Part shown: positions 37,945 to 49,170 of the stretch, piece after piece | Position numbering within the stretch: the stretch's first letter is position 1 | How the letters are laid out: each line of letters begins with the position of its first letter | DNA from: an uncultured candidate division Zixibacteria bacterium | Lineage (GTDB): Bacteria; Zixibacteria; MSB-5A5; UBA10806 | Direction: 5' to 3' | DNA length: 64,000 nt | NCBI GenBank assembly: GCA_963817915.1 | Contig: CAWFQL010000016.1 | Span: 128,171 to 192,170 of the forward strand | Notes under the pieces: generated by a model | What the model saw: only the letters and a program-made list of their open reading frames with translations | Told to the model about the DNA's origin: nothing | Database searches by the model: none | Position numbers and translations under genes: made by a program

Positions 37945-38952
37945 TTGTGGGCGGAGAAACCTTCTCCGCCCACAAATAGTTTTACTGCAATGTCACACAA
38001 TTACGGATTTAAACCCAAATCAAAAATCAAAGAATTTCTTGGCGAAAAATTAATCGCCATTACAGCATTTTCAGCGCTGATAGCCATCTCATTGATTTTC
38101 ATATTTATATTCAAGGAGGCTCTTCCTATTTTAACTGATAAGAAAGTTCAGGAAGAGGCCAGCCTCGATAAAATGGTATTTAAACAACAATATTATGAAA
38201 ACCAGGATGCCAAATGGTCCTGGCAGCCGAATTCAGACATACCCAAATATTCTCTATTCCCGTTATTCCTTGGCACTTTAAAGGCGGCGTTGGTGGCAAT
38301 GCTTTTTGCGGCCCCGTTAGGAGTTGGAGCGGCTATATATTCATCGGAATTTGCGGGCAAACGTCTCCGCGAAATAATTAAGCCAACAATCGAGCTTTTA
38401 GCCAGCATTCCATCGGTCGTACTTGGATTCTTTGCCCTGATAGTACTGGCAAGCGCCCTGCAAAGTATCTTTGGATTCACATACAGGCTTAACGCTATCA
38501 ATGCTGGCATAGCCCTGGGGATCGCCATCATTCCGATTATTTTTACGATTTCAGAGGATGCCATGACGGCGGTGCCGCAGTCATTGAGAGATGCCGCACT
38601 GGCCTTAGGAGCCAATAAATGGCAGGTATCGTTTACGATGGTCCTCCCAGCCGCGTTACCGGGAATCGCGGCAGGCATCGTGCTTGGGTTTGGACGCGCA
38701 ATTGGCGAGACAATGATTGTTTTGATGGCCTCTGGCAACGCGGCCATTATTTCAGCGAGTTTTGTACAGCCGATTCGCACTTTGTCCGCGACAATCGCCG
38801 CCGAACTCGCCGAAGTGGTATTCAATAGCGCTCATTATAATGTTTTATTCTTTATAGGCACCATCCTGTTCGTATTTACATTCTTAATTAATCTCGGCGG
38901 AGAAATGGTCCTTTCGAGACTTAAGATTAGGCTTCAGGGTAAGTTGAAATGA
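37945..38952 (+). CDS. pstC: Phosphate ABC transporter permease PstC
   Basis: BPD transport domain with the EAA-like motif. Likely true start at about 37990. Confidence 0.75.
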   Translation: MWAEKPSPPTNSFTAMSHNYGFKPKSKIKEFLGEKLIAITAFSALIAISLIFIFIFKEALPILTDKKVQEEASLDKMVFKQQYYENQDAKWSWQPNSDIPKYSLFPLFLGTLKAALVAMLFAAPLGVGAAIYSSEFAGKRLREIIKPTIELLASIPSVVLGFFALIVLASALQSIFGFTYRLNAINAGIALGIAIIPIIFTISEDAMTAVPQSLRDAALALGANKWQVSFTMVLPAALPGIAAGIVLGFGRAIGETMIVLMASGNAAIISASFVQPIRTLSATIAAELAEVVFNSAHYNVLFFIGTILFVFTFLINLGGEMVLSRLKIRLQGKLK

Positions 38953-39911
38953 TAGACGCAAAAAATGTCTCTATTGATACGATAGTCGAAACGACTATTC
39001 ATCATCATTTCAGACCCAAATCGTCGGGGCTGATTCCGAGAGGACTCACTTTATCGGCAGTGCTGATAATTGTCGCCATGCTGGCGGTGATACTCATAAA
39101 TGTCATTTATGGCGGTTTAAGCACCATAAGCTGGGAATTTTTAAGTCATCCACCAGAGAATGGCATGGAAGCAGGGGGCATCTTCCCACCGATTTTCGGC
39201 ACTGTATTTCTGGTGCTCTTGATGGTGATATGTGTAGTGCCGATTGGAGTTTTAACCGCGATCTACTTACATGAATATACCAGCCAGGATTCGAAGATTA
39301 CGAAACTGATTCGGGTCGCTATAAATAATCTCGCAGGCGTGCCATCGATTGTCTTCGGCCTATTTGGACTTGGATTTTTCGTAGGCTTTATTGGATCTGG
39401 AATGGACAAGATAATGGGGTACTCCGGTCATCCGATCTGGGGACAACCCGCAATTATCTGGGCAGCTTTGACATTATCGCTTCTGACGTTGCCGGTAGTC
39501 ATAATTTCCACCGAAGAAGCGATAAGAACTATTCCGCGCGAGCTCAAGGATGCCAGCTATGCCCTTGGCGCGACAAAATTGCAAACTATCGTCAGAATAA
39601 TAATTCCTCAGGCTCTCCCCGGCATATTTACCGGCGCTATACTGGCAATCAGCAGAGGGGCTGGTGAAGTGGCTCCTATAATGTTTACCGGGGTCGCGTA
39701 TTATCTCCCTTATCTGCCGACAAAATTGCATGACCAATTTATGGAGCTGGGTTATCATATCTATGTCATGGCGACACAGTCTCCCGATGTCGAAAAGACA
39801 AAACCGATTCTTTACGGGACAGTCCTGGTCCTGTTGTTTTTGACATTTCTTTTGAATTTAGTCGCAATTTTAATCCGTTCAAAAATTAGAATGAGAAGAG
39901 TAAATGCCTGA
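38949..39911 (+). CDS. pstA: Phosphate ABC transporter permease PstA
   Basis: Second permease with 6 TM helices. Overlaps the pstC stop. Confidence 0.75.
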   Translation: MIDAKNVSIDTIVETTIHHHFRPKSSGLIPRGLTLSAVLIIVAMLAVILINVIYGGLSTISWEFLSHPPENGMEAGGIFPPIFGTVFLVLLMVICVVPIGVLTAIYLHEYTSQDSKITKLIRVAINNLAGVPSIVFGLFGLGFFVGFIGSGMDKIMGYSGHPIWGQPAIIWAALTLSLLTLPVVIISTEEAIRTIPRELKDASYALGATKLQTIVRIIIPQALPGIFTGAILAISRGAGEVAPIMFTGVAYYLPYLPTKLHDQFMELGYHIYVMATQSPDVEKTKPILYGTVLVLLFLTFLLNLVAILIRSKIRMRRVNA

Positions 39912-40732
39912 TAAATTATTTAATACACAATTCGAAAATTCAGATTCTAAATTTGATTCTAATAATAATGGTAAGTCGTCATTGAAAATGACTATCCGGG
40001 ATTTGAATTTTTATTACGGCAAAGTCCAGGCTTTGAAAAATATATCAATGGATATCGAGATAAATAAAGTGACCGCCCTGATCGGACCATCGGGATGCGG
40101 CAAATCTACCTTCTTGCGAACCTTAAATAGGATGAACGATACCATACCCGGCACCAAAATGCGAAGGGACTATCAAATTGGATGATGTTGATATCTATCG
40201 AGATATCACCGATGTATCGACTGTCAGAACCAGAATCGGGATGGTCTTCCAAAAGTCGAATCCATTCCCTAAATCGATTTTTGAAAATGTCGCGTACGGC
40301 CTGAAAGTTAATGGTGTAAGCGATAAAAATATTATAAGCGCGGCGGTGGAAGAAACTCTGAAAAAAGCATTCTTGTGGGACGAGGTCAAAGATAAGCTCG
40401 ACAACAACGCCTATCTGCTATCCGGCGGCCAACAGCAAAGACTATGCATAGCCAGAGCATTGGCGGTAAGGCCCGAGGTTTTATTGATGGATGAGCCCGC
40501 GTCGGCGCTCGATCCGATTTCGACTTCGAAGATCGAGGATTTAATAGGTGAACTGAAAAAGAATTATACAATTGTCATAGTTACCCATAATATGCAGCAG
40601 GCGGCGCGAATTTCGGATTATACCGGATTCTTTTTCGAGGGTTATTTGATAGAGTTTGGCGACACCCGGAAAATATTTACTAAGCCGAACGAAAAGAAAA
40701 CCGAAGACTATATCACCGGCCGTTTCGGATGA
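39904..40732 (+). CDS. pstB: Phosphate ABC transporter ATP-binding protein PstB, with an apparent 1-nt frameshift at about 40150-40160
   Basis: Walker [10 protein letters not shown] lies in frame 1. From 40157 the sequence [12 protein letters not shown]...[14 protein letters not shown]...LLMDEP continues in the next frame. The shift maps to an AAAA run (accaaaatgcg). Confidence 0.75.
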
Positions 40733-40746
40733 TATCGGGAGTATAT

Positions 40747-41442
40747 ATGTCAAGACATCTGCAGAGAGAAATAGATAGATTGAAAAAGAAAATTCTTTCC
40801 TTGAGCACTTTGGTCGAGGAGAGCGTCCAGAATGCTATTTATTCTATAATGAAAAGGGACGCCAAAATGTCGCAACGGGTAATCGAAAAAGACAATGAAA
40901 TCGACCAGCTGGAAGTGGATCTGGAGGAGGACTGCCTCAAGATATTAGCGCTTCATCAGCCGGTCGCCATCGATTTGCGTTTTATAATTGCAGTATTGAA
41001 GATTAACAATGATCTCGAACGGATTGGCGATCTCGCCGTCAATATCGCCCAGCGCGCGGGATATCTGGCGTCTCATCCGAAGGTCGAAATCGCCTTGGAT
41101 TTTCCATTAATGGTAGAAAAAACACAGGTTATGTTGCGCAAAAGCCTCGATTCACTCGTAAATCTCGATGATGTTACAGCCAAGCAGGTTTGCGAAGCCG
41201 ATGATGAGATCGATCGTATGCATCAGGAAATGTATCAGGCCGTGCAAGATGGTATTCGCAAAAATCCCGAAAACATGGAAAGCTTGATTCAGCATCTTTC
41301 GGTCTCACGCCAATTGGAACGAATTGCCGATCATGCTACGAATATAGCTGAGGATGTTATTTATATGGTCGATGGAGTTATTACCCGCCACAGAATGAAT
41401 GACTACTTCCCGAAAAGCGGAGATTTCGCCAAAGGGGATTAA
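40747..41442 (+). CDS. phoU: Phosphate signalling complex protein PhoU
   Basis: Two PhoU repeats with conserved E/DxxxD motifs. Confidence 0.8.
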   Translation: MSRHLQREIDRLKKKILSLSTLVEESVQNAIYSIMKRDAKMSQRVIEKDNEIDQLEVDLEEDCLKILALHQPVAIDLRFIIAVLKINNDLERIGDLAVNIAQRAGYLASHPKVEIALDFPLMVEKTQVMLRKSLDSLVNLDDVTAKQVCEADDEIDRMHQEMYQAVQDGIRKNPENMESLIQHLSVSRQLERIADHATNIAEDVIYMVDGVITRHRMNDYFPKSGDFAKGD

Positions 41443-41516
41443 AACCTGTCTGCTTTCCTCAATTTCATAATTCTCATTCTGCCAAAAAATCTCGCCAGAT
41501 TATCATTAACAATAGA

Positions 41517-42329
41517 TTATTTCTTATTATAGTAAGTCATGGCTTCGGGGATTAATCCCCTGATTTTATCTATTCTGGTTTGATCAGATGGATGCGTGCT
41601 TAAAAATTCCGGCGGGGCATTACCGCCCGATTGGCTTGCCATTCTCTGCCAGAATTCGAGCGCCCCATTGGGATTATATCCGGCCAACGCCATAAATATG
41701 AGCCCGAGATGGTCCGCCTCGGATTCCTGGAGCCTGCTATACGGAAGCAGCACACCTACTTGCGAACCAAGCCCATATGCCCCTAAAAAGAGGGCTTTAG
41801 TTTCCTGCGGCTTATTCTGCAGGGCCGTCTCCAACGCCATTCCGCCAAGCTGTGTAAGCAACCCCTGGCTCATGCGCTCGTCCCCATGATTGGCAACTGC
41901 ATGGGCGATTTCATGGCCCAGAACAACCGCAAGGCCGTCTTCATTTTTTACAACGGGCATGATCCCGGAATAAACAACTACTTTCCCGCCGGGCATGCAC
42001 CACGCATTGACCTGGGAATCGACAACTAAGTTGAATTCCCAGACATATCCCTGCAAACTCGAGCTCATGTTTCGCTGGGCAAAATATTGCTCGACCGCCC
42101 TTTGAATTTTCGTTCCGACATTCTTGACCATTTCGGTCTGCGCCTTATTGTCACTCAATTTGTGCGATTTGATAAAGTCGCCATATTGTTGAAAACTCAT
42201 TGAAGTTATTGTCGCCGTAGGGATTATGTTAAGCTGCCTTCGCCCCGTGACAGGCACAGTCGCGCATGCTATTGCAATAATCAAAGCGATGATCAAACAT
42301 AGCCCATTGAATCTTTTGGTTTTGCTCAT
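41517..42329 (-). CDS. M48-family zinc metallopeptidase lipoprotein
   Basis: HEIAHAVANH (HExxH), a downstream ESEADHLG third ligand, and an N-terminal lipoprotein signal. Confidence 0.7.
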   Translation of the reverse strand: MSKTKRFNGLCLIIALIIAIACATVPVTGRRQLNIIPTATITSMSFQQYGDFIKSHKLSDNKAQTEMVKNVGTKIQRAVEQYFAQRNMSSSLQGYVWEFNLVVDSQVNAWCMPGGKVVVYSGIMPVVKNEDGLAVVLGHEIAHAVANHGDERMSQGLLTQLGGMALETALQNKPQETKALFLGAYGLGSQVGVLLPYSRLQESEADHLGLIFMALAGYNPNGALEFWQRMASQSGGNAPPEFLSTHPSDQTRIDKIRGLIPEAMTYYNKK

Positions 42330-42764
42330 TATGCCCTCCTTCAAACCGTCTCGATCCGGCATTTCAAGTACCATTCTCAAGTTGATTATATCCTAATATC
42401 GCTGTAATGAAAATGCAAGCATATCCAACTTTGAAGATCTCGATAATAAGCTATTTTAGTTAATTTTCAGAAATAGAAGTTTTACATGAAAGAAAATGTC
42501 TTCGTTTTGCCGCGACGTTTCACTTATCTGAAACAACCTGTTTCATTATGAAACTTGATATTATAGACCGCAATTCTTTTAACGATAATAATCACGGGGC
42601 TGATAATTAGATTTACGACAATGCAGGTAGAGGGGGGCGTTACTCGCCAATAAGCTATGTTCTGTATCGCATTGGATAATTAGTACTGACATCTTTTGGG
42701 CAAAAATATGCTTACATTTTATTCGTGGCGATACCGCTTGAGAAATTTTTGTGGCTAATTTGGG

Positions 42765-45700
42765 ATGGCCGTTAGGGTAATGCCAATGAATATTTTTTCC
42801 TTATTAAGAGCCAATAATGTTCAAACCAGAATTATTATCATATTATTATTTATTATTTCTGCTTCTATCATAGGTTCCATCCTTCTAAAAATTTCCCAGA
42901 ATAACGAAGTTAGCCGATTTTTTGCCGAAGAGGCCAAAGATCAACAACGGCATCTCGATGAATATATCAAGCTCGATGGGGCGGCCTTGCAGGCGTATGC
43001 ATATGATTATTCTTACTGGGATGAAATGGTGAATTTGGTAAGAAACAAAGATTACGAATGGGCCCGAATAAATATCGATGCGAGTTTTAGCACCTACAAA
43101 GCCAATGCCGCATGGGTATTTGATACGGCGCTTAATATTGTATATTTCTCGAGCAATCTTGAAGATAGTAATGCATATTCTGAAGTTCTGCAAAAAAAGG
43201 AAATTGAAACTCTCTTGCGACAGGGATATTTTAGCCATTTTTATAAATGGTATTCCGGGGGGCTTATGGAAATCAGCTGCGCCCCGATTCAGCCAAGCTC
43301 CGATGACGAACGCAAAACCCCTCCGAATGGATTTCTTTTTGTCGGAAGGCTTTGGAATAATAATCATATTAATGATTTTTCCAATAATACCGGCACGAAA
43401 ATAGAACTTTTTCACGTTGCGAATATAGCAGAGCGCCAGTTGACATTCGACAGCAAAAAAGGATTAATACAAATAGATAAATGCTTAAACGGGTGGGATG
43501 GAAAAACAATCGCCTGCCTGATATCGACCTCATCGCATCCGTTCGTCATGTACTTTAACAATTCATCCAATGCCGAGTTTGAGCTTTACATTATTTTTGC
43601 GCTTATAATAATAATTATCACATCATTTTCGCTGGTGTATATGGTGGGGACACCGCTCAAGACCATCTCACAAAGCTTGGATTCAAACGACAGCAGTGTT
43701 ATCGCCGATTTACGCAATTCGAGCTCCGAATTCGGAAGAATCGCGTCTCTAATCGAAAATTCATTTAAACAAAAGACGGTGCTTGAAAATGAGATCAAAG
43801 AAAGAGAAAAAGCGGAGAATGCGTTAACCGAACAACTGAATATGATGCAGTCGATAATCGATTCCATTCCGACGCCAATATACTATAAGGATATCGATGG
43901 TATTTTCAGAGGGTGCAATAAAGCGACCTTAACCTTTTGGGGAATTAGCAAATCGAATTTTATCGGTAAAACCCATTTTGATCTCACCTCCAAAGAAATC
44001 GCGGATAAAAACTGCGATGTCGATCAATTACTTCTTGCCAATCCCGGTACGCATTCTTTCGAAACCCAGCTTACTTCGGCGGATAAGTCGTTGAAAGATG
44101 TAATGGTAATCACCGCGACCTATAACAACGCGGATGGTACACCCACGGGGCTGGTAGGAGCTATTATTGATATTACCGAGCGCAAAAAGGCGGAGAAGTC
44201 CCTTAAGCAATCTTTATCGCTGCTTGAAGCCACCCTCAATTCAACCGCCGATGGCATACTCGTGGTTGATGGACAAGGCAAGGTCGTTAGCTATAATGAG
44301 CGATTTATCGAATTATGGAAAATCCCGAAACCGTTGGCTGCCGCCGGAAATGACAATGATTTGATAAGCTATGTGTTAGATCAATTGCTTGACTCTAATC
44401 AATTCGTCCATAAAGTCATGGAATTGTATTCGCACCCGGAAAATGAAAGCAATGACCAATTGGAATTCAAGGATGGCAGAGTGTTTGAGCGATATTCTTG
44501 CCCACAAATAATCTCCGGCGAGGTAGTTGGAAGGGTCTGGAGCTTTCGCGATATCACCGAACGAAAACGTACGGAAAAGGCGTTGATACTTTCAGAGAAA
44601 AAATATCGCCGTGTGATCGACGCCTCGCCTGTGGCTTTCTGGAGCCAATCGGCTATCACGAATGAGCTTTTCATGATAAGCGACGCGATTAAAAATATTA
44701 CCGGATACGCGGCAGACGATTTTATCAAAACACCGTCGCTGATCAAATCTATTACTCATCAAGAAGACCGGGAAATTTGGGATAAACATTTGGAAGCGCT
44801 ATTAACCGAAAAGGATTCGAAGAATTTTGAGATACGGCTAATCCATAAAAATGGCTCGGCCAGAATGGTATCGGTATGGTTGACTCCTATAATTGAGAAC
44901 GACGGTAAATTGGGCAGGATTGATGGAATCGGAATGGATATTACCGAGAAAAAAATGCTCGAACAAAAAATTGTCCAGACCGAGAAAATGGCCGCGATCG
45001 GTCTTTTGGCCGCCGGGGTCGCCCATGAATTCAATAACCTTCTTTGCGGCATCACCGGCAATCTATCATTTGTTCAATCCAATATTTCCGATTCGGAGAT
45101 ATCGCGAAAAGGAATTTCCGAGGCTATCAACGCTTCCGACAGAGCCGCCGAACTAATCAGATCATTGCTTTCATATTCCCGCGCCAATGTCAATGAGATG
45201 ACCGAAGTGCGAATTGATGAAATTATCAAAAATCTCCTAAAGCTTGTTGATAAAGAGATAGTCAAAGCCAATATCAATTTAACTACGGATTTCAGAGATG
45301 TGCCTGTAATAAGAGGAGTGCCCGGTCAATTGCAGCAGGTCTTTCTAAATATTTTAATAAATTCAATCCACGCCGTGAAGGAATCCGGAATTATCTCAAT
45401 CAGTGTCTGGAGCTGCGGCGAGAGAGTTTATGTCGAAATATCCGATAACGGTGTGGGAATAAAGAAGGAATTTATGGACAAGATATTCGATCCCTTCTTT
45501 TCGAAAAATCAAATTTCCAACGACAAAAAGGTCGAGGGCACCGGTCTCGGACTTTCGATTTGCTATAATATCGTAAAAAATCATAGCGGTGAAATACTTG
45601 TCAAGAGCGAACCCGGAATTGGCACCGAATTTACCGTTATCCTCCCCATAAGGTCATTGCCCAAATTGAATGAATATGATATCGCCTTCTTTAAAGATAC

Positions 45701-46073
45701 TACCACGCTGATCGTGGAATTCGATAATTCACATGGGAGGAAAGCCGAGGAAATGATCGCGACTCTTGGTGGCGAGAGTGTTCTATGCGACTGGAGCGAA
45801 ACCGCTATTTCACATCTGGCAAAGGAAGACTTTGATTTTGTCATTATGGATGCCAGCCATCCGGCTATGATTGATTTCGTAAGATTATTCGATTTTATCA
45901 GAGAAAACTATCCGTCATTGCCGATTATCCTGGCGAGTTCCGGCCCTCTCCGCTACCAGTATGATGAATATGCCAAGAAGGCAGATGGATTGATATTCAA
46001 ACCATACTCTCGCGATATCTTCGCCAAGACTGTTAGCAAATTGCATTTCTCTCGTATCGAATCATTATCCTAA
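42765..46073 (+). CDS. Hybrid sensor histidine kinase with periplasmic sensor, multiple PAS domains and a C-terminal receiver-like domain
   Basis: TM-flanked N-terminal sensor region, three PAS-like segments, H-box HEFNNLLCGITG, HATPase N/G boxes, C-terminal CheY-like fold. Confidence 0.7.
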   Translation: MAVRVMPMNIFSLLRANNVQTRIIIILLFIISASIIGSILLKISQNNEVSRFFAEEAKDQQRHLDEYIKLDGAALQAYAYDYSYWDEMVNLVRNKDYEWARINIDASFSTYKANAAWVFDTALNIVYFSSNLEDSNAYSEVLQKKEIETLLRQGYFSHFYKWYSGGLMEISCAPIQPSSDDERKTPPNGFLFVGRLWNNNHINDFSNNTGTKIELFHVANIAERQLTFDSKKGLIQIDKCLNGWDGKTIACLISTSSHPFVMYFNNSSNAEFELYIIFALIIIIITSFSLVYMVGTPLKTISQSLDSNDSSVIADLRNSSSEFGRIASLIENSFKQKTVLENEIKEREKAENALTEQLNMMQSIIDSIPTPIYYKDIDGIFRGCNKATLTFWGISKSNFIGKTHFDLTSKEIADKNCDVDQLLLANPGTHSFETQLTSADKSLKDVMVITATYNNADGTPTGLVGAIIDITERKKAEKSLKQSLSLLEATLNSTADGILVVDGQGKVVSYNERFIELWKIPKPLAAAGNDNDLISYVLDQLLDSNQFVHKVMELYSHPENESNDQLEFKDGRVFERYSCPQIISGEVVGRVWSFRDITERKRTEKALILSEKKYRRVIDASPVAFWSQSAITNELFMISDAIKNITGYAADDFIKTPSLIKSITHQEDREIWDKHLEALLTEKDSKNFEIRLIHKNGSARMVSVWLTPIIENDGKLGRIDGIGMDITEKKMLEQKIVQTEKMAAIGLLAAGVAHEFNNLLCGITGNLSFVQSNISDSEISRKGISEAINASDRAAELIRSLLSYSRANVNEMTEVRIDEIIKNLLKLVDKEIVKANINLTTDFRDVPVIRGVPGQLQQVFLNILINSIHAVKESGIISISVWSCGERVYVEISDNGVGIKKEFMDKIFDPFFSKNQISNDKKVEGTGLGLSICYNIVKNHSGEILVKSEPGIGTEFTVILPIRSLPKLNEYDIAFFKDTTTLIVEFDNSHGRKAEEMIATLGGESVLCDWSETAISHLAKEDFDFVIMDASHPAMIDFVRLFDFIRENYPSLPIILASSGPLRYQYDEYAKKADGLIFKPYSRDIFAKTVSKLHFSRIESLS

Positions 46074-46089
46074 AATCAATATATATTTA

Positions 46090-46122
46090 AAAAAGGGGCA
46101 TTGCCTGAGCCCTGCCCCTTTT
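46090..46122. terminator. Stem-loop between convergent genes
   Basis: aaaaggggcattgcctgagccctgccccttttgg. Confidence 0.4.
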
Positions 46123-46137
46123 GGTCGAATAATAATC

Positions 46138-48348
46138 TCAATTTGGGAATAAGGTCCTAATCTCGCTATCGGTTAATAGTGTCTTGCCGGAACCGGATAC
46201 TTGTACGACCTGCGAACCAATCTTTAATCTCACCGTTTCGCCAAGAGCTAAATATTTCCCCAGTTTCGGGTCTTTATCGAGAATCTGATAATAGGCCCTG
46301 GAATACCGTTCTATCTCAATATCGAATTTGTCTCCAACCAGATCGCCCTGAATCCAATTTTCGCCTGCCTGGAAAAACGCCTGTGAACCAATCTGTGCGA
46401 TCTTATTCGAATTCGATTTTCCTTCACCCTCCGATATTGTCGGCGATGGCATCGTAACAGCGAATTTCTGAGCTTCCAGCGCCTTCGATTGCATTACCGC
46501 CGATTTGCCGGACTGCTCCGATGATAGTCTGTCAGTGGCGTCGGCCAATGATCTCATGGCGGCGGGATTATCCATCAAAAATGGCGCTGGAGAATTTCGG
46601 CTGCCATTGGCCGCGATGTATTCATCCCCGGCAATCAGGAACGATGTGAATTCAGTAATTATTCCGTATCTTTTGGAAAGAAACACAACCTCGTTCAAAA
46701 GCTCATCCGACTTGCCGTGAAGTCTGATTTGCTGCAAAAGATATCCAATGCGTCTGTTGGCCCAAAGCATGGAGACCAATTCATCATCCGAATTACCTCT
46801 CTGAAATGATACAGGGAATTCATACGTAACTTCTTTCCCGTTTATTTTGCCACTTATTATGGCTTGTGAATTGCCTAATTGATGAAACCTGCCTGTAATA
46901 ATTATTTCCGATCCAAAGAAAAGATCGGGTAACGGGGCAGGATAAATCAAATCCGTTTTCATCGAGCCGAACGATAGCGACAAATCGGTAAGGGCGGGGC
47001 TGTTTATTTTGGCTGCCAGTCTTGAAACTTTGACTTCGATATTCTCGTTCGGCTGGACATACTCAGACGTACCTTTATTGTCCTGGGCTAATCTATCAAG
47101 TAGGTGTGCGTTGACATCATATCCTGCCCCAAAGACGAATAACCGCGCCCTGTTATGATTTAGAGAAGTAGTATTTTTGATGATGTCATCAATATTGGTA
47201 TTTCCGACAGTCGGCACGCCATCGGTAAGGAAAATAAGATATGTCGGATTGCTGTTATCGGGGATTAGATCGCACGCGAAGCGAAGGACGTCGTAAATAT
47301 CTGTCCCTCCCCCCGCGCTGATATTATCAATAAAATTTTTAGCGTCTTTGATATTGGTGTCGTTTGCCTCTACGACCCCTGACTTGAATTCTTTTATATT
47401 GTCATCGTAATCGATTATGTCGAAACGGTCGCCCGGATTAAGATTTTGAAGACCGAAATTCAACGCCTCTATTACCTGGCGAATTTTCTCACCGGCCATG
47501 CTTCCCGATGAATCGAGGATGAAGATCAAATTTTTGTTCGATTTCTGCAGACGGCTTTGTAATGGCGGCGAAAGTATTCCAAGGAAAAATCCATCTTCGG
47601 AGGTCGTTCGTTTATAGCTAATCAGATGAAATCCGAAATCCTTATTTTGCCGGGTAAAATATATAATCATGTCCTTATCCGGCCTGATATCTCGTTCGCT
47701 ATAATACGCGGTCATTGATTTGTCATTGATACGCTCGGTAGCAATATTATGCGTAGGACAATAAACCGAACCGATATTCTCGAATGAATTTATTTTTATA
47801 TTTACTCTGCAATCTTCGAGATTCGAACGAGAATATTTCTCGGTATTGAGCGGATAAAGATATTCGACCGTGCCGTTATCGGATTGCAGGGTTTGTTCGT
47901 ATTGTATCTTAATCCGTACCTCGCCATGCGGAGGAATAGGATAAATCCTCATTCGATACATGCCTCTGCCAGCGTACTCCAGTAAAGCCGGATCTTTTCT
48001 TCTGGCCACAATATCTTCGTATATTCGTCTTGCTTGTACAGCATCCAGAAGCTCCGCCTGCATCTGCTTTCCGCCAAGCCAGGCGGTGAAATTGCTGATA
48101 GCCGCGTTATCGGGTATAGGGAATATATAGTCGGCTTCGATTTCTCTATCAAATGGATTAGCGAAGACCTGGTCGACCTTCGTAATCGCGATAGGGTCGT
48201 TGATCTCCGTATCGACATGATGATATTTGATATCAATCCTGGGATGTGGCGGCATCCATGGCTGCGGTACCGGCAACGGAAAGCCATCGGCTAATGATAT
48301 CGCGGGCAATATCGCCAGAATCATTACGGTCAGCAAAAATCTTCTCAT
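46138..48348 (-). CDS. Secreted VIT-domain plus von Willebrand factor A domain protein
   Basis: Signal peptide. The N-terminal region resembles the vault inter-alpha-trypsin domain. MIDAS motif DSSGSM...T..G in the vWA domain. Confidence 0.65.
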   Translation of the reverse strand: MRRFLLTVMILAILPAISLADGFPLPVPQPWMPPHPRIDIKYHHVDTEINDPIAITKVDQVFANPFDREIEADYIFPIPDNAAISNFTAWLGGKQMQAELLDAVQARRIYEDIVARRKDPALLEYAGRGMYRMRIYPIPPHGEVRIKIQYEQTLQSDNGTVEYLYPLNTEKYSRSNLEDCRVNIKINSFENIGSVYCPTHNIATERINDKSMTAYYSERDIRPDKDMIIYFTRQNKDFGFHLISYKRTTSEDGFFLGILSPPLQSRLQKSNKNLIFILDSSGSMAGEKIRQVIEALNFGLQNLNPGDRFDIIDYDDNIKEFKSGVVEANDTNIKDAKNFIDNISAGGGTDIYDVLRFACDLIPDNSNPTYLIFLTDGVPTVGNTNIDDIIKNTTSLNHNRARLFVFGAGYDVNAHLLDRLAQDNKGTSEYVQPNENIEVKVSRLAAKINSPALTDLSLSFGSMKTDLIYPAPLPDLFFGSEIIITGRFHQLGNSQAIISGKINGKEVTYEFPVSFQRGNSDDELVSMLWANRRIGYLLQQIRLHGKSDELLNEVVFLSKRYGIITEFTSFLIAGDEYIAANGSRNSPAPFLMDNPAAMRSLADATDRLSSEQSGKSAVMQSKALEAQKFAVTMPSPTISEGEGKSNSNKIAQIGSQAFFQAGENWIQGDLVGDKFDIEIERYSRAYYQILDKDPKLGKYLALGETVRLKIGSQVVQVSGSGKTLLTDSEIRTLFPN

Positions 48349-48567
48349 CGTAGCCTCCAATTTAGTTTCGAATCCTCTATCCTCATTTCTGCATTGAATA
48401 CGTATGTGTTGTTATTTTATTCCACATCTTTTCGGATGGAATTGAAAGCCCTTGTAACAATAGGACTTGAGACACAATCGAAATAGGCTATGTGGACGTA
48501 TGCCGAACCAAAATGGGGTTAATCAGCATTTGTTTTGAAATCGGCTAATTAGTGGAAGGAGGTTTAT

Positions 48568-49155
48568 ATGAAAAAACAGATTGGGATTCAATTATCGCTA
48601 TTTGAATATAATGATATTTCGGCTGATGAGATGGCAGTTGCCACTAAATACAAAAGCATTGTAATGACCGCGTGTGATAAATTCGCATTATCCCCATCAA
48701 TAATTGCAGCTATCATTTCCCGCGAATCGCGATGGGGATTGGCCCTTACAGCGCCCGGCCCTGAAGGAACCGGTGATTTCATCGAAAGAGATTTTCCAAC
48801 AAAGTATCGTACGGGGCCGTTGCCTCCGGATGATCTGGGTTTTGGACGAGGACTGATGCAAATTGATTATGATTATCACGAATTCGCGCGCACAGGCAAC
48901 TGGAAAGACCCTGAGGAAAATATTTTATATGGCTGTTCGATACTGGCTGAAAATTTTAAGATACTCAGCAAACGAATTAAATTAAGCGATATAGATTTAA
49001 TGCGGGCCGCAATCGCATCATACAATTGCGGCGTGAATCGCGTTCTAAGGGCTATCAAGAATAAGAAGGATATGGATTACTATACGTCATCTAGAAATTA
49101 CTCTAAAGATGTCCTCGATAGAGCAAGCTTTTTCGCTGAGAATAATTGGATATGA
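48568..49155 (+). CDS. GH23-like lytic transglycosylase/goose-type lysozyme-like protein
   Basis: Catalytic-type SRESRWG and a GLMQID motif spaced as in the lysozyme-like fold. Confidence 0.5.
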   Translation: MKKQIGIQLSLFEYNDISADEMAVATKYKSIVMTACDKFALSPSIIAAIISRESRWGLALTAPGPEGTGDFIERDFPTKYRTGPLPPDDLGFGRGLMQIDYDYHEFARTGNWKDPEENILYGCSILAENFKILSKRIKLSDIDLMRAAIASYNCGVNRVLRAIKNKKDMDYYTSSRNYSKDVLDRASFFAENNWI

Positions 49156-49170
49156 ATTGGGCTATCAGGC

